This document shows, in pieces, positions 17,599 to 27,774 of a stretch of DNA of 64,000 nucleotides (position 1 is its first letter; the number at the start of each line of letters is the position of its first letter). The position numbers were made by a program, and so were the translations under genes. Source of the stretch: Coprothermobacterota bacterium (GTDB lineage: Bacteria; Coprothermobacterota; HKB111). Under the pieces are notes generated by a model that searched no databases, was not told where the DNA came from, and saw only the letters and a program-made list of their open reading frames with translations. The stretch covers positions 7,780-71,779 of the forward strand of contig JBBIUB010000003.1 in assembly GCA_037440465.1 (NCBI GenBank), read 5' to 3'.

Positions 17599-19023
17599 TT
17601 ATCCTCTGGAAATTATAGCATGGATTCTAAATAAAATCTCCTCTTTACCAAGAAGGTAAAGTATTCTCGCTAACTCAATACCTTTTTCTTCACCTGTTAG
17701 AGCCATTCTGATAACAGGCAAGTATTTTTTCTTTGGAAATTGAACTTTTTCACTTAAGTTATTAATAATAATTGAAGCTTCATCTAAACTTATTGATTCT
17801 TTCGAGTTTGATATCTCATTAATAAGTGTTAATAATATTTCTTTTTCCCATTCTTCCTTAATTATGTAAGATTCAGGTTTTACAAATAAGAATTTTGCTC
17901 TGATGGGAGCTTCTCTAAGAGAATGAATACCACTTCTTATGCATGATATTAACGCCATTAACTTATTTAGCTCATAATCTATTCTATATCCCGCTTCTTC
18001 GAAAAATGGAAGAGTTAAACTTAGAAGTTCTTCGTCTGTTAATTTAGCGATATGGTGGTGATTTAACCATTTTAATTTTTCCTCATCAAAAATTGCTGGA
18101 CTTTTTCCAACCCGATTAAGATTAAAAGCAGAAATAAGTTCATCTATTGTAAAAAGCTCTCTTTCATCTCCAGGAGACCAGCCCAGTAAAGCTAAATAAT
18201 TAACCAGAGCTTGTGAAAGATAGCCTTGATTACGATACTCGTGGATAGCTAAAGCACCATGTCTCTTGCTAAGCTTAGACCTATCACTTCCAAGTACCAT
18301 CGGTAAGTGACCAAAAATAGGTATCTCCCAATCAAAAGATTGGTATATAAGCATTTGACGTGGTGTATTGCCATGAAGGTGGTCTTCTCCCCTTATAATA
18401 TGGGTCACCTTCATTAGATAATCATCAATAGATACCGCAAAGTTATAAGTGGGTGAACCATCACTTCTCATAATCACAAAATCATCCAACCCGTGAATGG
18501 AAAAACTAATTTTTCCTCTAATTATATCTTCAACTACAACCTCCCCTTCCAGGGGAGCTTTCAACCTGATTGCAGGTGGGATTCCTTTTTTTAATAAAAA
18601 TTCACGTTCATTTGAAGATAAATAGCGGCATTTTCTACTGTATCTGGAAATTTTTCCACTCTCTTGGGCTTCTTCTCTATCTTTTTCTAACTCACCTGGA
18701 AAGCAAAAGCAATAATAAGCTTTATCTTCTGTTAAAAGTTTATCTGCAAAGTCTCTATATATATTTAATCTTTCAGTTTGTCTGTAAGGAGCAAAGGGTC
18801 CGCCAATATCTGGTCCTTCATCCCAATCTATTCCTAACCATTTTAGGTCTCTAACTAAGGCATCTTCATACTCCTTTTTACTTCTTGTAGGGTCAGTATC
18901 TTCTATTCTTAAAATAAATGTACCACCATGTTTACGAGCAAATAACCAGTTAAAAAGAGCAGTTCTGGCAGTACCCAGATGAATGTACCCTGTTGGGCTT
19001 GGTGGAAAACGAACTCTAATCAC
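17599..19023 (-). CDS. gltX: Glutamate--tRNA ligase
   Basis: RFPPSPTGYIHLG, RIEDTD, IRGEDH, KLSKR; start likely the GTG at 19023 overlapping the ispF stop. Confidence 0.98.
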   Translation of the reverse strand: MIRVRFPPSPTGYIHLGTARTALFNWLFARKHGGTFILRIEDTDPTRSKKEYEDALVRDLKWLGIDWDEGPDIGGPFAPYRQTERLNIYRDFADKLLTEDKAYYCFCFPGELEKDREEAQESGKISRYSRKCRYLSSNEREFLLKKGIPPAIRLKAPLEGEVVVEDIIRGKISFSIHGLDDFVIMRSDGSPTYNFAVSIDDYLMKVTHIIRGEDHLHGNTPRQMLIYQSFDWEIPIFGHLPMVLGSDRSKLSKRHGALAIHEYRNQGYLSQALVNYLALLGWSPGDERELFTIDELISAFNLNRVGKSPAIFDEEKLKWLNHHHIAKLTDEELLSLTLPFFEEAGYRIDYELNKLMALISCIRSGIHSLREAPIRAKFLFVKPESYIIKEEWEKEILLTLINEISNSKESISLDEASIIINNLSEKVQFPKKKYLPVIRMALTGEEKGIELARILYLLGKEEILFRIHAIISRG

Positions 19024-19499
19024 TTCTCCTCCTTTAATATTAGACAAACTGCGTAGGCCTCAATCCCTTTTGCCCTACCTATAGGACCAAGACCTTCACT
19101 GGTGGTAGCTTTTATATTCACAATGTTATCATTAATATTTAGGACTGAAGCAATAGAAGATCGCATAGCAAAAAAATAATCATTAAGCTTGGGTTCTTCA
19201 GCAACTATCGTTATATCAATATTGTTTACCTTGTAAGAATCCTCATTAAGCATTTTTTTTACTTCTTTAAGGAGTAAAAGGCTGGAAATATCTTTATAAA
19301 ATGGGTTGTTTGAAGGAAAAAGTTGCCCTATATCTCCCTTCCCCATAGCTCCCAAAAGTGAATCCATAACTGCATGAATAACAACATCGGCATCAGAATG
19401 ACCCTTTAATTTTTTTTTGTAAATAATAGGTACTCCACCTAAGTGAAACCCTTTTCCTTTTTTAAAGGGATGAATATCGTATCCAAATCCTACTCTCAA
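19020..19499 (-). CDS. ispF: 2-C-methyl-D-erythritol 2,4-cyclodiphosphate synthase
   Basis: GFGYDIH, GHSDADV, GDIG..FP, KATTSEGLG. Confidence 0.97.
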   Translation of the reverse strand: MRVGFGYDIHPFKKGKGFHLGGVPIIYKKKLKGHSDADVVIHAVMDSLLGAMGKGDIGQLFPSNNPFYKDISSLLLLKEVKKMLNEDSYKVNNIDITIVAEEPKLNDYFFAMRSSIASVLNINDNIVNIKATTSEGLGPIGRAKGIEAYAVCLILKEEK

Positions 19500-20191
19500 A
19501 GTTTTCTCCTTCTTAGAACATACTCCACGTACTCAATATCTTCTATTGTAGTAATCTTCAAATTTATTTGTTCTCCAGGGACCTCAAAGACTCTAAAACC
19601 TGCCTTACCTACCAGAGAACCTTCATCAGGATAATTATACCAACAATCTATCATTTCATAAGCTCTACCCAGAATATCTACTCTGAAACCTTGAGGTGTT
19701 TGTACTACTCTTAATAAATCTCTATTCATAGGGAAGGCAAGAGAATCGTTTCCATTTGATACCGCTATGTTATCTTTAATCTTTAAGACTGGAACAGCAC
19801 TTCCTTTTTCTTTAACCTTATTATATACCCTCTCAATTAATTGAGAAGAAATCATAGGTCTGGCACCATCATGAATCATAACTATGTCTATTTCATCTTT
19901 TATTATTTTAAAACCATTATATACTGAAAGCGCTCTGGTTTCTCCCCCTTCTACTACTTCCCAACATTTCCCAGGAAAAGCAGTTTTTATAATCTTAGAA
20001 AAAAGAGATTTTTCCCCGATTGGAACTACTATTACTAAGACTGAAAGTTCAAGTATATTAAAAAAAGGAAATGCTGCATGAACTATTAGGGGTTGATTCT
20101 GAAGATGGTATAAAACTTTCCTTTGAGAAGAAGAAAATCTGATACTGGCTCCTGCAGCAGGTATAATCACGCCAAGTTTAGGAGTTTTCAT
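19496..20191 (-). CDS. ispD: 2-C-methyl-D-erythritol 4-phosphate cytidylyltransferase
   Basis: PAAG..RF, GGETR..SV, IHDGARP, QTPQGF, NLKITT. Confidence 0.95.
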   Translation of the reverse strand: MKTPKLGVIIPAAGASIRFSSSQRKVLYHLQNQPLIVHAAFPFFNILELSVLVIVVPIGEKSLFSKIIKTAFPGKCWEVVEGGETRALSVYNGFKIIKDEIDIVMIHDGARPMISSQLIERVYNKVKEKGSAVPVLKIKDNIAVSNGNDSLAFPMNRDLLRVVQTPQGFRVDILGRAYEMIDCWYNYPDEGSLVGKAGFRVFEVPGEQINLKITTIEDIEYVEYVLRRRKL

Positions 20192-21225
20192 TTATGTCGG
20201 GCAAAAATTAATTTTCCTGATGGTGTTTGTAAGACGCTACTGATAATTACATCAATTGCTTGTCCTATATATTTTTTCCCTTCTTCTACAACTACCATAG
20301 TGCCATCATCAAGATATCCTACCCCTTGGCCGGCTTCTTTCCCCTCTCTAATAAGTTCTATAGATATTTCTTCTCCTGGTAAAACTTGCATTCTCAAAGC
20401 ATAACTCAATTCACTCAAGTTACATACTTTTAAACCTCTTAACCTGGCAATTCTGGAAAGATTGAAATCATTACTGATTATCATTCCACTTAATTTACGG
20501 GCAATGTCAATGATTACTTCATCGACAGTTAAATTAGTTTTCTTTGTTTCAACAACTTCAATAGAAAGAAATCGCTCTTCTTTAATAGAAGCAAGAACCT
20601 CTAACCCCCTCCTACCGCGAGTTCTCTTTAAGGGTTCACTAGAATCAGCTATTTTATGTAATTCGCTCAAAACTACACCTGGTAGAACCAGAATACCCTC
20701 CAGTACCCCGGTTTGTAAAAAATCAGCTAATCTACCATCAATTATTGAACTAGTATCAACTACATAGTATCGAGGTTGCCCCTTTCTATCACCTTTTGGC
20801 GAGAAAAGAAGTTGTTTTACCTCTTCTTTTTTACGATAAGCCACATATGCTCCTGTAATAGAAAGGAAAATTGTCATTACAGCAGTTAAAATATTCCCTA
20901 TAGGTGGTATGAGATTAAAAACTGGAGAAAGAAGTATTGAGATAAAGTATCCTGAAAAAGCACCAACAAAAGCTATCAAGAAGTCAGGAATGGAAATTTT
21001 TGTGGCAAAGGTATCCAGTAAAGGAATTAATTTGTAAATAAGTTTCATAAGGAATCTATAGAGAACAACACCAATAAGAAGACCAATAGCAGAACCAACT
21101 ATTGAAGATACTATAGAAGAATACGGCAGAATGTTACTACCATAAAAGTAACCCAAACTACCAACACCAACTGAAAATAATAAAATAAAGACAACTTTAA
21201 ATAAAGAAAAAAACCATTCACTCAT
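20188..21225 (-). CDS. Membrane PIN/TRAM domain protein (YacL-like)
   Basis: 4 TM helices, VDTSSIIDGR PIN, QGVGYLDDGTMVVVE TRAM; usual position after radA. Confidence 0.93.
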   Translation of the reverse strand: MSEWFFSLFKVVFILLFSVGVGSLGYFYGSNILPYSSIVSSIVGSAIGLLIGVVLYRFLMKLIYKLIPLLDTFATKISIPDFLIAFVGAFSGYFISILLSPVFNLIPPIGNILTAVMTIFLSITGAYVAYRKKEEVKQLLFSPKGDRKGQPRYYVVDTSSIIDGRLADFLQTGVLEGILVLPGVVLSELHKIADSSEPLKRTRGRRGLEVLASIKEERFLSIEVVETKKTNLTVDEVIIDIARKLSGMIISNDFNLSRIARLRGLKVCNLSELSYALRMQVLPGEEISIELIREGKEAGQGVGYLDDGTMVVVEEGKKYIGQAIDVIISSVLQTPSGKLIFARHK

Positions 21226-21241
21226 TTAGAAACACTCCTTA

Positions 21242-22579
21242 TTAATATATGTTTTTTAAATCTCTAATCTCTTTAACTGTTTTTGTGTCTACACCAGGAA
21301 ATTCCTCCTTTAAAAAACCATTATCTGGAATTATTACCTCCCTGTATCCACGTTTGGATAACTCTCTCATACGTCTTGCTAACTGGGGGACACTTCGCAC
21401 TTCCCCCTGTAAGCCTACCTCACCTAAAAAAACAGCTCTTTCCTTATTTGGTTTATCATTATAACTAGATAGTAATGCGCCAACCACAGCCAGGTCAACG
21501 GCTCTATCTTTGGTTATAAGACTACCTGTTGTGCTCAAATATATATCAGATTTTCCAATATTCAATCCCCATCTTCTCTCTACTACTGCTAAAAGTTGTA
21601 ACATCCTTCCCAAATCTAAGCCTGTCACTACTCTGCGTGGAAAGGGAGAATAAGATGGTGAGATTAAAGCCTGAACTTCCACAATGAGAAGTCTGCTACC
21701 TTCCAGGATTGCACTCAACGCTGTACCAGGTAGAAAGGAGAAAGAACCTCTACTACGGTATATATCTTCTTCTAAAACTTCTTTGAATCCTTTTCCTGTC
21801 ATTTCAAAAAAAGCAATTTCTAACGAAGACCCAAAACGATTTTTACTGGTTCTTAACACTCTGATGAAGTCATGCCCATCACCCTCAAGATATAAAACAA
21901 CATCTACAAGATGTTCCAGGGTCTTTGGACCTGCTATGATTCCTTCTTTAGTAACATGCCCTATTATAAAAATGGGGATATTTTTCTCCTTGGCTTTTCT
22001 TATCAGAAGTTGAGAACATTCCTTAACCTGAGTAATAGTTCCGGGTCCTCCTGCCAGTTTTCCACTAAGAATAGTCTGTATGGAATCTATTGCCACAACC
22101 TGTGGTTTATAATTTTCAATATCTTCAAGTACATGTTCCACATAAGGCGAATATTTAAGTAAGACATTTTTTCCTTCTATTCCTAATCTTCTAACCCGCA
22201 AAGCCAGCTGTTCCTCCAGCTCTTCTCCAGAAAAATAGAGAACCTTTCCATTAGATGCTAAATAAGGTAATATCTGCATAAGAAGAGTAGATTTTCCTAT
22301 ACCGGGCTCCCCGCTTAAGAGTATTGAAGAACCTGCTACCACTCCACCGCCCATAACCTGATCAAAACATTCCATATTTGTGCTAAAACGGGAGTGCTCT
22401 TTTATTAATACTTCTGAGGCTAATCTTGGTGAGTGATTTAAACCAATTTCTCTTATTGACTCTTCATATACAAGTTTTTCAAAGGAGTCCCATTTCCCAC
22501 AGGAAGGGCACTTACCCAACCACCTGGAATCAGTAAATCCACATTCTCTACATAAGTACTCAGCTTTTGACTTCTTCAT
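21242..22579 (-). CDS. radA: DNA repair protein RadA/Sms
   Basis: Zn finger CRECG..CPSC, GEPGIGKST, KNRFG. Confidence 0.98.
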   Translation of the reverse strand: MKKSKAEYLCRECGFTDSRWLGKCPSCGKWDSFEKLVYEESIREIGLNHSPRLASEVLIKEHSRFSTNMECFDQVMGGGVVAGSSILLSGEPGIGKSTLLMQILPYLASNGKVLYFSGEELEEQLALRVRRLGIEGKNVLLKYSPYVEHVLEDIENYKPQVVAIDSIQTILSGKLAGGPGTITQVKECSQLLIRKAKEKNIPIFIIGHVTKEGIIAGPKTLEHLVDVVLYLEGDGHDFIRVLRTSKNRFGSSLEIAFFEMTGKGFKEVLEEDIYRSRGSFSFLPGTALSAILEGSRLLIVEVQALISPSYSPFPRRVVTGLDLGRMLQLLAVVERRWGLNIGKSDIYLSTTGSLITKDRAVDLAVVGALLSSYNDKPNKERAVFLGEVGLQGEVRSVPQLARRMRELSKRGYREVIIPDNGFLKEEFPGVDTKTVKEIRDLKNIY

Positions 22580-24998
22580 ATAGAGGTTTTTTCCTGATGG
22601 TTACTTGGTCTCCCCCAACAAGAATTAATTCTATAGTGTCACCCTTTTCAAAGGAACCCTTCAGTATCTCATCAGATATGGGATCTTCAATAAGTTTCTG
22701 TATCTTTCTCCTTAAAAGACGAGCTCCAAATTCAGGATCGTAACCCCAGATAGATATCTTCTCTTTTAGTTCGTTAGAGATAACCAAGCTATACCCCTGA
22801 TTAGCAATTTCCTTCTCTATCTGAGATAACATCATATTCACTATCTTTAGCATTTCTCCGTTAGAAAGAGGTTTAAAGACAACAATATCATCAATTCGAT
22901 TCAAAAACTCTGGGCGAAAAACAATTTTTATTTCTTCATGAAGCTTGCTTTTTAACCTCTCATAAGATTCCTCATATGAATCACTTGCCCTGAACCCCAA
23001 AGAAGATGTTCTTTTAATCTTTGCCATTCCAATGTTTGAGGTCATTATAATAACTGTATTAGAGAATGTCACAGTTCTTCCTTGACCATCAGTTAGTCTA
23101 CCATCATCAAAAACCTGAAGCAAAATATTAAATACATCAAAATGAGCTTTTTCGATCTCATCAAGAAGAATTACAGAATAAGGTTTTCTTTTGACAGCTT
23201 CTGTAAGCTGCCCTCCTTCTTCATAACCAACATATCCGGGGGGTGCACCAGTAAGACGAGATACCGTATGTCTCTCCATAAATTCTGACATATCAAGTCT
23301 AATCATGTATTTCTCATCTCCAAAAAGCGCCTCCGTAAGTGTTCTTGCCAACTCTGTTTTACCTACTCCGGTTGGACCAAGGAACATAAATACTCCCTGT
23401 GGCCTTCTAATATCTCTCATGCCAGTTCGGGCTCTTCTTATGGCACTTGCCACAGTTCTAACAGCTTCCTCTTGGCCAACAACACGACGCTTAAGAATCT
23501 CTTCAAGATTAAGTAGACGCTTCTGTTCTTCTTCTCTCAAGCGGGTTAAAGTTACTCCAGTCCAGAGAGAAACAACGTGAGTAACATCTTCAACTGACAC
23601 TAAGCCTTTCCTGCTTTCTCTTCCTTCTCTCCACTTTTCTACCAAAGTTTTATAACGATTAAGAAGCTTTTTTTCTAAATCTCTATATTTGGAAGCTTCT
23701 TCATATTCCTGAGTTTCTACTAATTTTTCCCTTTTTGTACGAATAGAATTAATTTCACTTTCAAAGCTTTTAATCTCATCTGGTAAATCCTCACCCTTTA
23801 AATAAACCCGGGTGCAAGCTTCATCAAGAACATCAATTGCCTTATCTGGCAAGTAACGGTCCTGAATATATGTCTTGCTTAATCGTACTGCTGCCTGTAT
23901 AGCTTCATCAGAAATTTCAACTTGATGGAAGGATTCATAACCTGGCGAAAGTCCTGTAAGAATATCAATGGTTTCTTCTCCGGTGGGTTCTTCCACATTA
24001 ATAATCTGAAATCTGCGTTCCAGAGCAGGATCTTTTTCAACATATTTTTTGAATTCACCTGGTGTTGTGGCACCAATGCATTTTATCTCACCCTTAACCA
24101 TAAATGGCTTCAACATATTAGATGCATCTATAGCACCCTCCGCAGCTCCAGCACCCACCAGAGTGTGAATTTCATCAATAAAAATTATCACATTACCACT
24201 TTGCTTTTGAACCTCATCAATTAGGTGTTTAAGTCTTTCTTCAAATTCCCCTCTGTACTTTGTGCCTGCCACCAACCCAGCCAGGTCAATAGAAACAATT
24301 CTTTTATCTTTAAGTTTTACAGGTACAATACCCTTAACAATTCTCTCAGCTAAACCTTCTACTATTGCAGTCTTTCCAACCCCAGGTAAACCAACCAGGA
24401 GGGGGTTATTTTTAGTCCTTCTTAAAAGAACCTGAACTAAACGCTCCATTTCTCGTTCTCTTCCAATTACCGGATCTAGCTTCCCCTGTCGAGCAAGCTC
24501 AGTCAAATCACGGCTGAACCTGTCTAAAACAGGCGTTTTACCCTTCACTTTGACTTCATTATTTTCACCAAGAATAGATACTATTTTGTCTCTAACTACA
24601 TCAAGGGCTAAACCTTCCTCCTCAAGTATTGCAGCAAGTTGTCCGCCTTGATCAAGAATACCAAGAAGAAGGTGTTCAGTTCCTATTGCTTCATGAGCGA
24701 GATAATCTGCTTCTTTACGGGCTGCTTCTAATATAAGGTCACTGGCTCGTGAGAATTCCCTTACACCACCAAGGTAAGTAGGTTTCAGATTTGGAGGTGG
24801 TAAAATCTTTCTTTGCAACTGCTCAATATCTACATCCAATTCCTTGAGGGCTACTACTCCTACTGAATTTCTATCCTGTAAAATAGCAAGCATTATATGA
24901 ACAGGCTCAAGATAAGAATGACCCCACTGACGTGCCAAATCTTGAGCTATTTGTAAAACCTTCTTAGCCCGTTCGGTAAACCTTTTACTGTTATACAA
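22560..24998 (-). CDS. clpC: ATP-dependent Clp protease ATPase ClpC
   Basis: Two Clp-N repeats, two AAA modules (GVGKT twice), UVR-like middle domain, [13 protein letters not shown]. Confidence 0.97.
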   Translation of the reverse strand: MYNSKRFTERAKKVLQIAQDLARQWGHSYLEPVHIMLAILQDRNSVGVVALKELDVDIEQLQRKILPPPNLKPTYLGGVREFSRASDLILEAARKEADYLAHEAIGTEHLLLGILDQGGQLAAILEEEGLALDVVRDKIVSILGENNEVKVKGKTPVLDRFSRDLTELARQGKLDPVIGREREMERLVQVLLRRTKNNPLLVGLPGVGKTAIVEGLAERIVKGIVPVKLKDKRIVSIDLAGLVAGTKYRGEFEERLKHLIDEVQKQSGNVIIFIDEIHTLVGAGAAEGAIDASNMLKPFMVKGEIKCIGATTPGEFKKYVEKDPALERRFQIINVEEPTGEETIDILTGLSPGYESFHQVEISDEAIQAAVRLSKTYIQDRYLPDKAIDVLDEACTRVYLKGEDLPDEIKSFESEINSIRTKREKLVETQEYEEASKYRDLEKKLLNRYKTLVEKWREGRESRKGLVSVEDVTHVVSLWTGVTLTRLREEEQKRLLNLEEILKRRVVGQEEAVRTVASAIRRARTGMRDIRRPQGVFMFLGPTGVGKTELARTLTEALFGDEKYMIRLDMSEFMERHTVSRLTGAPPGYVGYEEGGQLTEAVKRKPYSVILLDEIEKAHFDVFNILLQVFDDGRLTDGQGRTVTFSNTVIIMTSNIGMAKIKRTSSLGFRASDSYEESYERLKSKLHEEIKIVFRPEFLNRIDDIVVFKPLSNGEMLKIVNMMLSQIEKEIANQGYSLVISNELKEKISIWGYDPEFGARLLRRKIQKLIEDPISDEILKGSFEKGDTIELILVGGDQVTIRKKPLYEEVKS

Positions 24999-25099
24999 CT
25001 CTCCATCTCCGTCGATTCATATAAATCATCTAATTAGTAATTTTACCCTTATACATTAAAATACAAGTGTAGAATTTGGTATTAATAGTTTACCCGTTA

Positions 25100-27178
25100 T
25101 TAACTCTCTTCTTCCTCTATCTTCTTCCCATGTTCAGCAATAATCTTCTCTTGAACCAATGCTGGAACTTCTTCATAGTGAGAAAATTCCTGAACATAGC
25201 TTCCTCTACCTTGAGTCACAGATCTAAGAGCAGCTCCATAATGAAGTATTTCTGACATAGGAGAAAATGATTCTATTCTTTTAAAATTCTTCTCTTCTCC
25301 AAATCCAAGTATTCTGGCTCTACGCGTGTTCAGATCAGAAATTACATCACCCATAAATTTATCAGGCACAGTGACAATGAGTTTCATAACTGGTTCCAAA
25401 ATAACCGGTTTAGCACGTTGCATACCCCTCTTAAGTGCCATCTGACCTGCAATCTTAAACGATATGTCAGAAGAATCAACTTCATGGTATGAACCATCGT
25501 AAAGAACAACTTTTATATCAACTATTGGAAACCCAGCAAGAACTCCTTCAAGTAACGCTTCTTTTACTCCTTTCTCAACAGAAGGCACATAATTCTTTGG
25601 TACTGAACCCCCAAATAATTCCTCATCAAAAATGAACCCTCCACCTCGCGCTAAAGGTTCTATTCTAATAAAAACATGTCCGTATTGACCACGACCGCCA
25701 GTTTGCTTCTTATGTTTGTATTCACTCTCTACTTTTATCTTGACTGTCTCTTGATAGGGTATCTTGGGCTCCTCGAGAATTACTTTTGCACCGAACTTGG
25801 ACTGTAGTTTTTCAACTACTGTTTCAACATGTATATCTCCCATCCCGATAATTAGAACCTGATTTGTGTTAGAATCCCGAGAAACTTTAAGAGTTGGGTC
25901 ACTGATAAGAACCCGCTGAAGTGCACCACTTAATTTATCTTCATCACCCTTGCTCTTCGGCCTGATAGCAACAGTTACCATGGGAGGAGGATAAGAAATG
26001 GGTTCATATAATACTGGACTCCCTTTATCGCAGAGCGTATCATTAGTGGTTGTATCCTGCAATTTTGCAACTATTACAATATCCCCCGCTATTGCTTCTT
26101 CAACAATAAACTGATTCTTTCCTCTCATTCGGTAAAGCTGGCTTATTTTTTCTTCTTTACCCTTATTACTGTTAAGTACTACTGTATCAGGCGTTAGTCT
26201 ACCAGTGTGAATTTTTAGGAAGTTAAGTTGTCCTACATAAGGGTCTGCTATAGTTTTAAAAACAAATGCACTGAAAAGTTTTTCTGGCGAGGATATTAAT
26301 GTGTTTTTCTCCCCGGTTTTGGAGTCTATTATAGCCATCTGTTTCTGATTTGATTCAGGAAAATTTTTAATATAGTAAAGAAGCCTCTTAATCCCCGAAA
26401 GGTTAAAGGCTGAACCAGCTAAAACTGGAAAAACTCTTCTTTCCCTTACCCCTTTTTCGAGGGCAGCGTTAAGCTCTGAAATTTCCAGTTCCTCACCTTC
26501 TAAGTACTTAGTAAGGAGTTCATCATCCAGTTCTGCCAAACGTTCAACCAACATCTCACGCCATCTACCATATTCCTTCTTAACACTTTCAGTAGTTAAA
26601 GATGCCTTCTCTTCCTTTCCTTTAGGGATATCAAAGGTTTCCCATGTCAACAAATCAATCACTCCTGTAAAACTATTACCTTCTCCAATTGGAACTACTA
26701 AAGGAACAATGGAAGAACCAAAGAGGTTTCTGAGCTGTTCAAGATTCTTAAAATAAGTCGAACCTTCTCTTTCCATCTTATTAATAAAGAAAAACAAAGG
26801 TAGTTCATAATCCTGAGCATAACCCCATATTTTCTCTGTTCCCACTTCAACTCCCGATATGCCAGAGAGCAATAAAAGTAGACCATCTGATACCTTTAAT
26901 CCAGATTTGATTTCACCAACGAAATCGTCAAAACCTGGTAGATCCAAGAGATTAACCTTAATACCATTAAGAGAAAAGGGAAGAAGAGAAAGATTAATAC
27001 TCGTTCTTCTCCTTATCTCTTCAGGATCATAATCAGAAAGAGTATTGCTTTCTTCAACTTTACCCACACGATCAGTGACTCCTGTCAGATAAAGAATGGC
27101 TTCAGAAAGTGATGTTTTACCAGCACCTGCGTGGGAAGCCAGAGCAACGTTTCTTAATGTGACTTTTTCGTCTTTCAT
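25100..27178 (-). CDS. Elongation factor G paralog (EF-G2-like)
   Basis: Five-domain EF-G layout (KQTGGRGQYG, DGSYHEVDSS) with divergent G motifs: HAGAGKT, RRTSI, DLPGF, NKME; not in an rpsL-rpsG operon. Confidence 0.9.
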   Translation of the reverse strand: MKDEKVTLRNVALASHAGAGKTSLSEAILYLTGVTDRVGKVEESNTLSDYDPEEIRRRTSINLSLLPFSLNGIKVNLLDLPGFDDFVGEIKSGLKVSDGLLLLLSGISGVEVGTEKIWGYAQDYELPLFFFINKMEREGSTYFKNLEQLRNLFGSSIVPLVVPIGEGNSFTGVIDLLTWETFDIPKGKEEKASLTTESVKKEYGRWREMLVERLAELDDELLTKYLEGEELEISELNAALEKGVRERRVFPVLAGSAFNLSGIKRLLYYIKNFPESNQKQMAIIDSKTGEKNTLISSPEKLFSAFVFKTIADPYVGQLNFLKIHTGRLTPDTVVLNSNKGKEEKISQLYRMRGKNQFIVEEAIAGDIVIVAKLQDTTTNDTLCDKGSPVLYEPISYPPPMVTVAIRPKSKGDEDKLSGALQRVLISDPTLKVSRDSNTNQVLIIGMGDIHVETVVEKLQSKFGAKVILEEPKIPYQETVKIKVESEYKHKKQTGGRGQYGHVFIRIEPLARGGGFIFDEELFGGSVPKNYVPSVEKGVKEALLEGVLAGFPIVDIKVVLYDGSYHEVDSSDISFKIAGQMALKRGMQRAKPVILEPVMKLIVTVPDKFMGDVISDLNTRRARILGFGEEKNFKRIESFSPMSEILHYGAALRSVTQGRGSYVQEFSHYEEVPALVQEKIIAEHGKKIEEEES

Positions 27179-27300
27179 ATATAAATCCTCCAGAATAATT
27201 TTTATGCAATCTTATATATCTATTGTTTTTATTATACCCTAAAACTCTATTCTCACTGCATTAGTAAATAAGTTGGGTAACATCTCTCATGCTATTTATA

Positions 27301-27329
27301 TTGACACTTCTTCATCTCTCCCTTATAAT
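27301..27329 (+). promoter_or_regulatory. Perfect-consensus sigma70 promoter of the tRNA cluster
   Basis: TTGACA-17 bp-TATAAT. Confidence 0.9.
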
Positions 27330-27368
27330 TATTATTGCTGGCTTAACAGCATTACTAACATATATCAA

Positions 27369-27453
27369 GCCCGGGTGGTGGAATTGGCAGACACGTACGT
27401 TTGAGGGGCGTATGGGGAGACCCTTGTGAGTTCAAGTCTCACCCCGGGCACCA
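27369..27453 (+). tRNA. tRNA-Leu (GAG)
   Basis: GCCCGGG/CCCGGGC acceptor stem, TACGT-TTGAGGG-GCGTA anticodon arm, long variable arm, encoded CCA. Confidence 0.97.
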
Positions 27454-27459
27454 TAAAAA

Positions 27460-27534
27460 GGGCGGATAGTTCAGCGGGAGAACGCTTGCCTTACACGCAA
27501 GAAGTCACAGGTTCGAATCCTGTTCCGCCCACCA
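27460..27534 (+). tRNA. tRNA-Val (TAC)
   Basis: GGGCGGA/TCCGCCC stem, CTTGC-CTTACAC-GCAAG arm, GGTTCGAATCC T-arm, CCA. Confidence 0.97.
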
Positions 27535-27554
27535 TATATAATATATTTGTAAGC

Positions 27555-27631
27555 GGGGGCGTAGTGCAGCGGCTTAACACGCCGGCCTGTCAAGCCGGAG
27601 ATCGCGGGTTCGAAACCCGTCGTCCCCGCCA
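27555..27631 (+). tRNA. tRNA-Asp (GTC)
   Basis: GGGGGCG/CGTCCCC stem, CCGGC-CTGTCAA-GCCGG arm, G73 discriminator, CCA. Confidence 0.97.
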
Positions 27632-27696
27632 TAATGTATCAATAAATATCTAATATTTGCCATAGTGGTTTCTTTCCTATGTTAACATCAAACTGC

Positions 27697-27725
27697 TTGA
27701 CATCTAAGTATCTTAAGAATAAAAT
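27697..27725 (+). promoter_or_regulatory. Sigma70 promoter of proS
   Basis: TTGACA-17 bp-TAAAAT. Confidence 0.75.
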
Positions 27726-27774
27726 AACTTAAATATTTTTTTAAGTTTTCACACTTCCGGAGGTTTAACTGATA

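Noticed and set aside
27426-27653. 75-aa ORF across the tRNA cluster
   Set aside because: It is a translation of tRNA sequence.
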